A stretch of 64,000 nt of DNA from Cenarchaeum sp. (GTDB taxonomy: Archaea > Thermoproteota > Nitrososphaeria > Nitrososphaerales > Nitrosopumilaceae): NCBI GenBank assembly GCA_965242695.1, contig CBDESU010000001.1, forward strand, positions 2,148,537-2,212,536, in the 5' to 3' direction. The notes under the pieces were generated by a model. That model did no database searches. It was given only the letters and a program-made list of their open reading frames with translations, and had not been told where the DNA came from. Within the stretch, counting starts at the first letter, position 1. Each line of letters begins with the position of its first letter. This document shows positions 1 to 9,143 of the stretch, piece by piece. A program made the translations under genes and the position numbers.

Positions 1-207
1 ACCATCCCGATGACCGAGGCAGACATAAAGCGGTGCTACCACCTGCAAAAGGACCCCCGCTACCAGAAGGGCATATGGAAGAAGGAGCTAGAGGTGTTCC
101 TCAAGATAAAGCGCAAGGCCGAGCTCGAGGCGTTCTCAAAGTACGGCCTGACCAACATCACCGACAAGTACCTGCCGCAAAAGCTAGAGGTCGCAAAGAG
201 CATGTAG
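1..207 (+). CDS. top6A: DNA topoisomerase VI subunit A, C-terminal fragment (5' end outside window)
   Basis: TIPMTEADIKRC...DPRY..GIWKKELEVFLKIKRKAELEAFSKYG resembles the TOPRIM-end motif (KxExEA) of Top6A/Spo11; frame open from base 1. Confidence 0.8.
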   Translation, partial: TIPMTEADIKRCYHLQKDPRYQKGIWKKELEVFLKIKRKAELEAFSKYGLTNITDKYLPQKLEVAKSM

Positions 208-226
208 GGGGCGGCGGCCTAGCCGC

Positions 227-682
227 TCACTTTATCCGCAGCGTGAGCACGCCGTTGCGGTACTTGAAGTCGTAGATGTTCATCGACGACGAGCCGTCGA
301 TGGGCACCTCCTTTGCGAACCCGCTGCCGCCGCGTATGTACAGCGTCCCGCTGATCAGGCGCACCATGATGCGGTCCTCGGGGCCCGGCACCTCGGCGAC
401 GAACACGAACTCGTCGTCGCCCTTGATGAGGTCGTACACCCAGTTCTTCGTCTCCTTTTCGCGCGGTATGTACCTAGGCTTGTGCTCGACGGCGATCTGC
501 TTGAGGCGGCGCGCCCAGTAGATCATCGTGACGGCCGCGGCGCCTATCAGGATAAAGCTGACAAAGTTCGAGTCGGTGCGCATGGACATGACGTACACCA
601 CGCCCAGGAAGAGTATGACGGCGATCGGGATGACAAAGTTGAGCGACTGCTCGTTCGAGTAGGCCCCCTTGTAGCTTGCCAC
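227..682 (-). CDS. Membrane-anchored Hsp20/alpha-crystallin domain protein
   Basis: Two hydrophobic helices then an alpha-crystallin-like C-terminus (FVAEVPG...YRNGVLTLRIK); GTG at 682 with TTTATA about 25 bp upstream. Confidence 0.75.
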   Translation of the reverse strand: MASYKGAYSNEQSLNFVIPIAVILFLGVVYVMSMRTDSNFVSFILIGAAAVTMIYWARRLKQIAVEHKPRYIPREKETKNWVYDLIKGDDEFVFVAEVPGPEDRIMVRLISGTLYIRGGSGFAKEVPIDGSSSMNIYDFKYRNGVLTLRIK

Positions 683-798
683 GCAGGGGGGCGCCCGCGT
701 GCCAATATAAAGATGATTGGCGGCCGGCTCGGAGGGGGCCGGGCAAAAGGGGCATGCCGCGGGGCGGCCCGGAGCCGGAGCGGAAGGCGCGTGCAGGA

Positions 799-941
799 CG
801 GATCGGAGTGCGCGCGGCCCGCACGCGCAGAGGGCCATGCCAGCAGAACGGACGGGCGGATCGGAGTGCGCGCGGCCCGCACGCGCAGAGGGCCATGCCA
901 GCAGAACGGACGGGCGGATCGGAGTGCGCGCGGCCCGCACA
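799..941. repeat. 58-bp tandem repeat, about 2.5 copies
   Basis: GATCGGAGTGCGCGCGGCCCGCAC starts at 801, 859 and 917, with identical sequence between the copies. Confidence 0.9.
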
Positions 942-1080
942 CATTGCCAGAGGGCGGCACACGGCGGCGCATCGCGCTGGGCGCGTGGCCGTCCGATGCT
1001 CGCTGGTGCTCGCTCGCTGGGGCGAATGGCCCCGGCGCCCATGCCGACATTTTATAGGCGGCCGCCCGTCCCGGAGCGCC

Positions 1081-1476
1081 GTGAGCGACACAAAGGGGCG
1101 GGATGCGGCAGAGTCGGAGCGCCTTGACACGATGGATCCCGACAGGTGGGAGGCCCTTGTCAAGGAGGCGTTCGAGGCCGACGGAGTAGCCGAGTACCGC
1201 CACGTGTGGGACGAGCTGATGAGGCGGGAGGGCCCCGCTAGGATGGAGGAGGCGCGGCGCAGGAGGCGCGAGGCAAGGGTCGAGAGGATGTTCAAGGAGA
1301 TGGACGAGGCGATAGACAGGGAGATGTACGAGGCGATAGACAGGGAGATGTACGAGGGGATGGACGAGGGGATACGCAAGGACATGGAGCGCCGGCTGGA
1401 CGAGTACATCCAGGTCGGCATCCACAGGGACTTTGCCCGCGACTACGCAAGGCACATGGCCGGCGCGTCGTGCTAG
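1081..1476 (+). CDS. Small helical protein of unknown function, tandem copy 1 (EAIDREM-repeat type)
   Basis: GTG start with TTTTATA about 28 bp upstream; near-identical to three downstream copies. Confidence 0.7.
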   Translation: MSDTKGRDAAESERLDTMDPDRWEALVKEAFEADGVAEYRHVWDELMRREGPARMEEARRRRREARVERMFKEMDEAIDREMYEAIDREMYEGMDEGIRKDMERRLDEYIQVGIHRDFARDYARHMAGASC

Positions 1477-1576
1477 GCGCGCGGCCGTCCGATGCTCGCT
1501 GGTGCTCGCTCGCTGGGGCGAATGGCCCCGGCGCCCATGCCGACATTTTATAGGCGGCCGCCCGTCCCGGAGCGCC

Positions 1577-1984
1577 GTGAGCGACACAAAGGGGCGGGAT
1601 GCGGCAGAGTCGGAGCGCCTTGACACGATGGATCCCGACAGGTGGGAGGCCCTTGTCAAGGAGGCGTTCGAGGCGGATGGAGTGGCCGAGTACCGCCACG
1701 TGTGGGACGAGCTGATGAGGCGGGAGGGCCCCGCTAGGATGGAGGAGGCGCGGCGCAGGAGGCGCGAGGCAAGGGTCGAGAGGATGTTCAAGGAGATGGA
1801 TAAGAGGTTGGGCGAGAGGATAGGCATGGAGATAGACAAGAGGTTGGGCGAGAGGATAGGCATGGAGATAGACAAGAGGTTGGGCGAGAGGATGGAGCAG
1901 CGGCTGGACGAGTACATCCAGGTCGGCATCCACAGGGACTTTGCCCGCGACTACGCAAGGCACATGGCCGGCGCGTCGTGCTAG
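1577..1984 (+). CDS. Small helical protein, tandem copy 2 (KRLGERIGMEID-repeat type)
   Basis: Paralog of copy 1 with its own TTTTATA box; internal 36-bp repeat. Confidence 0.7.
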   Translation: MSDTKGRDAAESERLDTMDPDRWEALVKEAFEADGVAEYRHVWDELMRREGPARMEEARRRRREARVERMFKEMDKRLGERIGMEIDKRLGERIGMEIDKRLGERMEQRLDEYIQVGIHRDFARDYARHMAGASC

Positions 1985-2085
1985 GCGCGCGGCCGCCCGA
2001 TGTTTGCCGGCGCGGCGGCCACGGGTGGGCTCGGGCCACGGCGCCCGCGGCGACATTTTATATACGAGCGCCCGTCCCAAGCCCC

Positions 2086-2469
2086 GTGAGCGTCACAAAG
2101 CAGCAGGAGCCGGCAGAGCCGGAGCGCCTTGACACGATGGATCCCGACAGGTGGGAGGCCCTTGTCAAGGAGGCGTTCGAGGCGGATGGAGTGGCCGAGT
2201 ACCGCCACGTGTGGGACGAGCTGATGAGGCGGGAGGGCCCCGCTAGGATGGAGGAGGCGCGGCGCAGGAGGCGCGAGGCAAGGGTCGAGAGGATGTTCAA
2301 GGAGATGGACGAGGCGATAGACAGGGAGATGGACGAGGCGATAGACAGGGAGATGGACGAGAGGATACGCAAGGACATGGAGCGCAGGCTGGACGAGTAC
2401 ATCCAAGTCGGCATCCACAGGGACTTTGCCCGCGACTACGCAAGGCACATGGCCGGCGCGTCGTGCTAG
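2086..2469 (+). CDS. Small helical protein, tandem copy 3 (EAIDREM-repeat type)
   Basis: Paralog; TTTTATATA upstream. Confidence 0.7.
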   Translation: MSVTKQQEPAEPERLDTMDPDRWEALVKEAFEADGVAEYRHVWDELMRREGPARMEEARRRRREARVERMFKEMDEAIDREMDEAIDREMDERIRKDMERRLDEYIQVGIHRDFARDYARHMAGASC

Positions 2470-2571
2470 GCGCGTGACCGCCCGATGTTTGCCGGCGCGG
2501 CGGCCACGGGTGGGCTCGGGCCACGGCGCCCACAGCAATATTTTATATAGGGCCACCCGCCCCCAAGATCC

Positions 2572-2943
2572 GTGAGCGTCACAAAGCAGCAGGAGCCGGC
2601 AGAGCCGGAGCGCCTTGACACGATGGATCCCGACAGGTGGGAGGCCCTTGTCAAGGAGGCGTTCGAGGCCGAGGGAGTGGCCGAGTACCGCCACGTGTGG
2701 GACGAGCTGATGAGGCGGGAGGGCCCCGCAAGGATGGAGGAGGCGCGGCGCAGGAGGCGCGAGGCAAGGGTCGAGAGGATGTTCAAGGAGATGGATAAGA
2801 GGTTGGGCGAGAGGATAGGCATGGAGATAGACAAGAGGTTGGGCGAGAGGATGGAGCAGCGGCTGGACGAGTACATCCAGGTCGGCATCCACAGGGACTT
2901 TGCCCGCGACTACGCAAGGCACATGGCCGGCGCGTCGTGCTAG
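2572..2943 (+). CDS. Small helical protein, tandem copy 4 (KRLGER type)
   Basis: Paralog; TTTTATATA upstream. Confidence 0.7.
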   Translation: MSVTKQQEPAEPERLDTMDPDRWEALVKEAFEAEGVAEYRHVWDELMRREGPARMEEARRRRREARVERMFKEMDKRLGERIGMEIDKRLGERMEQRLDEYIQVGIHRDFARDYARHMAGASC

Positions 2944-3360
2944 GCGTACGGCTAGACATGCGCATCTTTTTGTAGGTCCGATCTGTATACTGTGGGTACA
3001 TATGCAGTGCCCTGGCAAACGACGCGGGCGTCTGGGACGGCCAAGGCGCAGTTGACGCTAGAGACCTGAAGGCCTACTGTGGCATAGCTTATAGCGACGG
3101 ACTTTGCTGTGTTCATGTTGCGCTTTCTCTAGGCATACGGGTGACAGCGTTTGTGGGGGGCGCGTGAGGGCCGCGCGTGCCTCTTGACGATCAAAGTCAA
3201 CCAGAGCTCGCCCGGACTAACTGAAGCCACCTAGAGCCGCCGCTATAGAATGCTACAATTCGTAGGCATCCGCGGCCATGCGTTGTCCAGATGCTTTCTA
3301 CTCGAAGCGCGACATCGGCGAACGACTCGGCCCTGCATCCACTGCCTATGCATTGCGCAT

Positions 3361-5556
3361 CTAGTTCCCACGGTACCACCACACTCTGGCCTTACGCATC
3401 TCTGCAACCTTGTCGCGATAGTCCCTGCTCTCCGCATATCTTCCTACTTTGTCTAGCGCATGCCCCAATTTTTCACATACCTCAAAGTTGACGGGATCTA
3501 AACTGGCGGCCGACTCGTATGCCGGGACGGCGTCGGCGAAGCGGCCGGATGCGTAGAGCGCCTCGGCGAGGCCGAGCCGGGCGTCAAAGCTGTCCGGGTT
3601 CAGGGCGGCGGCCGACTCGTATGCCGGGACGGCGTCGGCGAAGCGGCCGGATGCGTAGAGCGCCTCGGCGAGGCCGAGCCGGGCGTCAAAGCTGTCCGGG
3701 TTCAGGGCGGCGGCCGACTCGTATGCCGGGACGGCGTCGGCGAAGCGGCCGGATGCGTAGAGCGCCTCGGCGAGGCCGAGCCGGGCGTCAAAGCTGTCCG
3801 GGTTCAGGGCGGCGGCCGACTCGTATGCCGGGACGGCGTCGGCGAAGCGGCCGGATGCGCGGAGCGCGTCGGCGAGGCCGAGCCGGGCGTCAAAGCTGTC
3901 CGGGTTCAGGGCGGCGGCCGACTCGTATGCCGGGACGGCGTCGGCGAAGCGGCCGGATGCATAGAGCGCCTCGGCGAGGCCGAGCCGGGCGCCAAAGCTG
4001 TCCGGGTTCAGGGCGGCGGCCGACTCGTATGCCGGGACGGCGTCGGCGAAGCGGCCGGATGCGCGGAGCGACCGGGCGAGGCCGAGCCGGGCGCCAAAGC
4101 TGTCCGGGTTCAGGGCGGCGGCCGACTCGTATGCCGGGACGGCGTCGGCGAAGCGGCCGGATGCGCGGAGCGCGTCGGCCAGGCCGAGCCGTGCATCGAA
4201 ATCGGCGCCAAGCCTCGCGGCCTTGTACAGAAAGTCGACCGCCCTGTCGGGCCGTCCAAGCTTTAGCATCGCCCTGCCCATGCCGCGGTGCGCCGCGGCC
4301 CCCCCAAGCTCGCGCACAAAGAGGCTCCAGCTCGGGCGGCCCTGTCCGTGCGGCGCGAATACCACGACATCGCTCCTCTTGATCCCGGCCTTGTACATTC
4401 CAGCGGCCTCGCTGTGCCTGCCGAGCGAAAGCAGCACGTTTCCGAGTCCCACGTACGCGGCAGCATCGCCGGAATCCAGCGCGATCGCCCTCCTGTACTG
4501 CCCGGCCGCCTCCGCGTGGCGGCCCTCCATCGCAAGCGCGGTGGCGTACTCTGTCCGAAACGGCGCAACTGCCGAGTGCCTGCGCACCGTAGCCAGGCAG
4601 TACTGCAGGATGGGAATCCCGTCGCCGTCGTTCGCCGCGGCGAGCGCCCGCCCCATGCCGGCGCGCACCGCCTCGTGGTCCGGATCGATCGCGGCCGCTT
4701 TCTCGTACCACCCGATCGCATCCCCGTAGCGCCCCAGCTGCACCAGGAGATTGGCCATGCCGGCGAGGGGAAGGATACTCACGGGGTGATCCTCGGCCGC
4801 CTCCCCGTATGCCGCCTCGGCCTCGCCTCCCCGGCCGAGGCGCGCAAGGGAGTGGGCCCTGTACAGCAGGGCCCACAGGTCGCGGCCCCCGCCCCCGGCC
4901 CTTGCCAGGTGCCGGTCGCACATCTCTAGGGCCTTTCCTGCCGCCCTGCGCGCGCGGCCTGCAATGCCGGCCGCATCCATTACCGCCGCCTCTACAATGT
5001 AGGCCGTGGCCAGGTACCTGTCGCGGCCCGCCAGGACCGCGTGCATGAACCTCTCGGCGACGCGGAGGTGCCACGCCTCGTCGAACCGGAACGCGCCGAG
5101 CGAGTGGACCAGCGCGTGGCGCAGGTCGAACAGGCGGGCAAGGTCGCCGCCCATCTTTTCCAGGCACTCCCGCAGCACGGGGAGCCCGTACCGGTCGGCA
5201 AGCCGCTCGATCGCCTTGACGCTCTGGAACCCGTGGTCGACCGCGCCGATGCGGGACACGCTCGCCCAGACGGCCCGCCTCACGCCCCTGATCCGCACTG
5301 CCATGCGCTCCCTGCCGTGCAGCAGGTCGAGCCGCTCCTCGAGCACCAGCCGCAGGAACTGCTCGAGTATGGTGACGGCCTGCGTGACGATGGCGGCCTT
5401 TAGGACGGGGTCGCGCGACCCCAGGCGCGCCTTCAGCTCCGCCATCCCTATGAAGACGTCGAGCATGCCCATGCCGACGAGCGCCAGCGTAAGCGGAAAC
5501 CTTGGCAGGTGCACGCTGCGCCCGCCCTGAGCACTCTTTGAGGCCGTCTTGTTCAC
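3361..5556 (-). CDS. Tetratricopeptide-repeat protein with putative N-terminal HEPN-like domain
   Basis: Many 34-aa TPRs; the N-terminal region has TILEQFLR, FQS and an RHALVH (Rx4H) motif; TTAAATA upstream. Confidence 0.8.
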   Translation of the reverse strand: MNKTASKSAQGGRSVHLPRFPLTLALVGMGMLDVFIGMAELKARLGSRDPVLKAAIVTQAVTILEQFLRLVLEERLDLLHGRERMAVRIRGVRRAVWASVSRIGAVDHGFQSVKAIERLADRYGLPVLRECLEKMGGDLARLFDLRHALVHSLGAFRFDEAWHLRVAERFMHAVLAGRDRYLATAYIVEAAVMDAAGIAGRARRAAGKALEMCDRHLARAGGGGRDLWALLYRAHSLARLGRGGEAEAAYGEAAEDHPVSILPLAGMANLLVQLGRYGDAIGWYEKAAAIDPDHEAVRAGMGRALAAANDGDGIPILQYCLATVRRHSAVAPFRTEYATALAMEGRHAEAAGQYRRAIALDSGDAAAYVGLGNVLLSLGRHSEAAGMYKAGIKRSDVVVFAPHGQGRPSWSLFVRELGGAAAHRGMGRAMLKLGRPDRAVDFLYKAARLGADFDARLGLADALRASGRFADAVPAYESAAALNPDSFGARLGLARSLRASGRFADAVPAYESAAALNPDSFGARLGLAEALYASGRFADAVPAYESAAALNPDSFDARLGLADALRASGRFADAVPAYESAAALNPDSFDARLGLAEALYASGRFADAVPAYESAAALNPDSFDARLGLAEALYASGRFADAVPAYESAAALNPDSFDARLGLAEALYASGRFADAVPAYESAASLDPVNFEVCEKLGHALDKVGRYAESRDYRDKVAEMRKARVWWYRGN
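3505..4200. repeat. 102-bp (one TPR) tandem repeat, about 7 near-identical copies
   Basis: GACTCGTATGCCGGG recurs at 3512, 3614, 3716, 3818, 3920, 4022 and 4124. Confidence 0.95.
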
Positions 5557-5766
5557 GAAAACTGCGGCATATAGTTCTTATTTAACTGTACGGGTAAGGA
5601 GCGCGGCCCGCACGGGCGCCACGGGCGTCGCCGGCCGCGACATGGCGGCCCCCGCGCCGGCCCGATGCGCGCCGATGCCGCCCGGCGGGCGGCGGGGCCC
5701 GATGCCGCCGCGCCGGGAGGAGCCCCGGCGACGGCTTTTATTGAAGGCGGGGCCGCGCTGCGGCAG

Positions 5767-6003
5767 TTGCCTAGCAGTTCGGGCGGCACCGCGGCGCCGT
5801 TCTCGTCGAGGGACATGCTCCTGAGGGGCACGGCCGTCGCCGCGATCGTCGCCGTGCCGTCCCTCTCGGCGTTCGGCATGGCATGGTCCGCCCTGGGCGA
5901 CTTTGTGGCCGCCACCGTGGCCGGGATCGCCGTGCACCTTGCCGGAATGGCCTTTGCCGGGCGCATATACCGCAGGCTGTTCGGCGGCGGGGCGGGGCGG
6001 TAG
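5767..6003 (+). CDS. Small two-TM membrane protein
   Basis: Two hydrophobic segments; TTTTATT about 28 bp upstream of TTG. Confidence 0.55.
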   Translation: MPSSSGGTAAPFSSRDMLLRGTAVAAIVAVPSLSAFGMAWSALGDFVAATVAGIAVHLAGMAFAGRIYRRLFGGGAGR

Positions 6004-6133
6004 GACGGAGGGGCCGCGCCGGGCGCGGCCCCCCCCCCACGCGGGAGCGCCGCGCCGGGCGCCGCTTGGGCAGGGGCGGCGATCGCCCCCGCCCGTCCGC
6101 AAGCGCTTTATGCCTGCGCCATTCCCGCCGTCC

Positions 6134-7321
6134 ATGGCACGGGAACAGGCAGCCGGCGGCGCGGGCAACCCCTGCATCGACGACGGTTCCCTGGCAACGG
6201 AGGCGGAATACGACGAGGGCTGCGCGCCGACCCCGCTCGAGTACAGCGTCGACACCATACCCGCGGACTACACCCTGTGGGAGCTCTACGGCAAGTGGCT
6301 CAACAGGGACATCTCAATCCCAAGGCTCGAGAGGCCGTACCCCTGGACGGAGGCGCAGGCATCGAGGCTGATCGAGTCGTTCATAATGGATCTTCCCGTC
6401 CCTCCCGTGTACATGCTCACCGGCGATGACGGGCGGTCGGTCGTTATTGACGGCATGCGGCGCCTGCTGACGGTGTTTTCGTACTTTGGGGGATCGCACC
6501 CCGAGACGGGCTCCCTTGCGGGCCAGAGGTTTCGCATTGTCGGGATCAACGAGGACAGCAGGCTTCACGGCAGGACGTTCCTCGAGCTTGCCGAGGAGGA
6601 CCAGTGCAGGCTCAAGGATGCAGTACTCAGGGCGATGCTGGTGAGGCGAAGGGGCGCGGGCGGCGCCGACTCTGCCGTGTACGAGATATGCGAGCGCCTC
6701 AACAGCGGCAGCACGCGCCTAGAGCCCCAAGAGGTGCGCAGCCGCGCCTACGGCGGCGGCCTCGACGACCTCCTTGACGAGATAAACAGGGACGAGAGCT
6801 GGAGGGCCATGCTCGGGAGGCCACGGCCAGATCCCGCAATGAGGGACAGGGAGATGGTGCTGCGCTGCATGGCCCTGTTCCACGAGGGGGACGAGTACGC
6901 AGGGCCGATGAAGGGGTTCCTGTCAGGGTTCATGGCCAGGCACAGGAGCCCAGGCGAAAGGTTTCTAGCGGAGGAGCGCCGGCGCTTCAAGACCGCCTGC
7001 GGCGCGGCGCTCGCCGCGCTCGGCCCCGCGCCCTTCAACAACGGGAACGGCCAGCTGCGGGCGCCCCTGCTCGACTCCGTCATTGTCGCATTCGCCCGCA
7101 GCGGCCGCGCGGGGCCCGTCAGCGGCCGCGCGGGGCCCGTCAGCATGAGGGGGCGCCTCGAGGCGCTGCGATCCGACAAGAGGTTTGCCGAGTACGCGGG
7201 ATCGTCATCGACGACGGCAGGCGCGGTAAGGGGCAGGCTCCGCCTTGCGCAGGAGATCATGTTCGGCGGCGCGAGTGGGAGCGGATCCAGGGGCCCGGCG
7301 GCCAAGGTCGCACCCAAGTAG
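6134..7321 (+). CDS. DUF262 (GmrS/ParB-like) domain protein
   Basis: IPxxxRxYxWT, SRLIES, LPVPP, VIDGxRRL and ERLNSG motifs typical of DUF262. Confidence 0.85.
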   Translation: MAREQAAGGAGNPCIDDGSLATEAEYDEGCAPTPLEYSVDTIPADYTLWELYGKWLNRDISIPRLERPYPWTEAQASRLIESFIMDLPVPPVYMLTGDDGRSVVIDGMRRLLTVFSYFGGSHPETGSLAGQRFRIVGINEDSRLHGRTFLELAEEDQCRLKDAVLRAMLVRRRGAGGADSAVYEICERLNSGSTRLEPQEVRSRAYGGGLDDLLDEINRDESWRAMLGRPRPDPAMRDREMVLRCMALFHEGDEYAGPMKGFLSGFMARHRSPGERFLAEERRRFKTACGAALAALGPAPFNNGNGQLRAPLLDSVIVAFARSGRAGPVSGRAGPVSMRGRLEALRSDKRFAEYAGSSSTTAGAVRGRLRLAQEIMFGGASGSGSRGPAAKVAPK

Positions 7322-7396
7322 CCGAGGGCGGCGCGCGGCAGGGATGCCCCCGAGCCGGCCGCTTTTGCGCCCGATGCGCCGGCCGGCCCCCCTGCG

Positions 7397-8977
7397 CTAC
7401 GGTCCGCTTCTCGACTCGCCGGCGCCCGCCCCGCCCCGCTCCGCCTCGTACCTCTCGAGCAGCCACCGGTGGTCGCCGGCCATGCGGTCGATCCGCTCGC
7501 TCATGCTCGCAATCTGCGCCCTGAGCTCGTCCGAGCCGTCCCTCCCCTCGATGACCGACGCCATCCTCGTGAACACGTTCAGGCGCGGCGCGGCCTTTGC
7601 GTACTCGCGCCGGAGCGACTCGGGGTACAGCGTCGCCTGCACCTCGTACGCGTCCTTTGGGGCGTGGCCGATCACGTGGTCGGCCACGTCGATCCTGCAC
7701 CCCGCGTCTATGAGCGTCGACTTTACGAGCTTGCGCAGCTGGTGCGAGTGGCGCGAGGGCGACTCGCGCTCGCCCGGCCGCCGCCTCACCAGGCCGGCCC
7801 TCACGGCCAGCTTTGCAAACGACCTGTGCACCCAGCTGTCCTTGATGGGGCTCCCCTGCTGCGTTATGTACAGCGGGCTGCCGTCGCCGCGCCGCAGCGG
7901 GCGGCAGGTGCGCCTCTCGCGGTCGTACAGCCAGTCCTGCAGGGCCGAGACCGCATCCCGCTCGATGAACCCCGTGTGCCGGTACGCCGTCTTGACCCTG
8001 GACAGCACGATCGGCACGGGGCACTTGTCCAGGCTCCAGTTGCGCGGGTCGTCGGTCCCCATGTGGGCCGAGACCTGGTCGAACGCCGTGTAGTTGAACC
8101 GGTCGGCGATCGTGGCCCTGTCCAGCCCGCGGTGGAACATGGACAAAAACACCGACCTCTCGAGCAGGTTCGGGCGGCCGGCCGTCAGTATCGTCGCAAA
8201 GTCGGCCAGCGTGAGCGAGTCGTCCATCCACTCGTCGCCTCCCCCCGCCTGCGCGGCCGGCCGGCCGCCGCGGGCCCTGCGCATGCGGAACTTTACGGAG
8301 TACGACACCTCGTGCGTCTCAAAGTACGACTTTAGGGCCGTCTCGGCGCTCCGCACGGACGCGACCGACAGCGACCGGTCGTCCCGGACCTCGCTGAGGA
8401 ACTCGCGCGCGATCTTGTTGAGGTCGCGCGAGCTCGACTCGGGCTCTAGGTACAGGTCGAGCAGGTCGCCGACGCCTCCGAGCGTGACCGCCTCGACGAC
8501 CTTGCCGTACGAGCCGTCCTCGCGGCGCCACCTCGTGATCTCCACCGTCCTGCCGGCGAGCCACCCGTGGAACTTGTACAGGCGGCTCGCGTACGACCGG
8601 CGCGTCCCCGTGAGGGTGCTGCTAGCCAGGTCGTGCTGAAAGTCGGTCCCGCTGAGCGTCTTGAGCCAGTAGGCGACGGACGGTATGCGCACGAACTCGG
8701 CGAGCGTGACGGACGGGCGGCTGTCTATCGCCTCGACGATCCCGGCCTTTTCCGCCGCCCGTATGGCCGCGAGGGCGCGGTTCATGCGGTGCGCGTACGA
8801 CGACGGCGGCACGTCCCTGTCGGCCGACCTCTTTGCCAGTATCGTCGACGAGACGACGTCGCCGCACCGCAGCCCGGCCAGGAAAGGGACGGCCCGGGGC
8901 GGCAGCACGCCCGACTCTACTGCCTCTACGATCTGCCGGTCAATGGCCCCTCCGTCGCCGTCGGGGCACCCCGTCAC
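7397..8977 (-). CDS. Tyrosine recombinase/integrase
   Basis: Catalytic set R (HRGLD), K (RVKT), HxLR (HQLRK), H (VIGH) and Y (DAYE); large N-terminal extension. Confidence 0.9.
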   Translation of the reverse strand: MTGCPDGDGGAIDRQIVEAVESGVLPPRAVPFLAGLRCGDVVSSTILAKRSADRDVPPSSYAHRMNRALAAIRAAEKAGIVEAIDSRPSVTLAEFVRIPSVAYWLKTLSGTDFQHDLASSTLTGTRRSYASRLYKFHGWLAGRTVEITRWRREDGSYGKVVEAVTLGGVGDLLDLYLEPESSSRDLNKIAREFLSEVRDDRSLSVASVRSAETALKSYFETHEVSYSVKFRMRRARGGRPAAQAGGGDEWMDDSLTLADFATILTAGRPNLLERSVFLSMFHRGLDRATIADRFNYTAFDQVSAHMGTDDPRNWSLDKCPVPIVLSRVKTAYRHTGFIERDAVSALQDWLYDRERRTCRPLRRGDGSPLYITQQGSPIKDSWVHRSFAKLAVRAGLVRRRPGERESPSRHSHQLRKLVKSTLIDAGCRIDVADHVIGHAPKDAYEVQATLYPESLRREYAKAAPRLNVFTRMASVIEGRDGSDELRAQIASMSERIDRMAGDHRWLLERYEAERGGAGAGESRSGP

Positions 8978-9016
8978 GCGGTACTCCCCTGCCTTGATGG
9001 GGCGCGGTTTGGTGAT

Positions 9017-9143
9017 ATGGTATTAAATGTTCATGCATTCTGGGCGCCCCGTGCTTCTGGGCGCCCCGTGCCGGCGGCATGGTATCACCAGTTCATGGAC
9101 AGGGCTGTTTGATACCATCCAGCTATATACGCTGCATGGTATC
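9017..9143. promoter_or_regulatory. Recombinase/S-layer intergenic region with four ATGGTAT motifs, a 17-bp tandem duplication and TATA-like boxes
   Basis: ATGGTAT at 9017, 9079 and 9136 (+) and GATACCAT at 9111; TTCTGGGCGCCCCGTGC x2 (9038-9071); TTAAAT at 9023, TATATA at 9124. Confidence 0.6.

Noticed and set aside
799-941. 58-bp repeats as a CRISPR array
   Set aside because: The units are contiguous and identical, with no unique spacers and no cas genes nearby.
3505-4200. 102-bp repeats as CRISPR or a mobile repeat
   Set aside because: They are in-frame 34-aa TPR coding repeats.
7099-7144. 21-bp duplication (SGRAGPV x2) in the DUF262 gene
   Set aside because: It is a small in-frame slippage event with no evident functional signal.
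7322-9100. Provirus or IS element defined by the integrase
   Set aside because: I recognised no capsid, packaging, replication or transposase genes, no tRNA target and no flanking direct repeat other than the S-layer site.
9079-9135. Upstream ATG at 9079 as the start of S-layer copy 1
   Set aside because: It would add an atypical Cys-containing extension. ATG 9136 matches the spacing of the other three copies, and 9079 is part of a repeated DNA motif.
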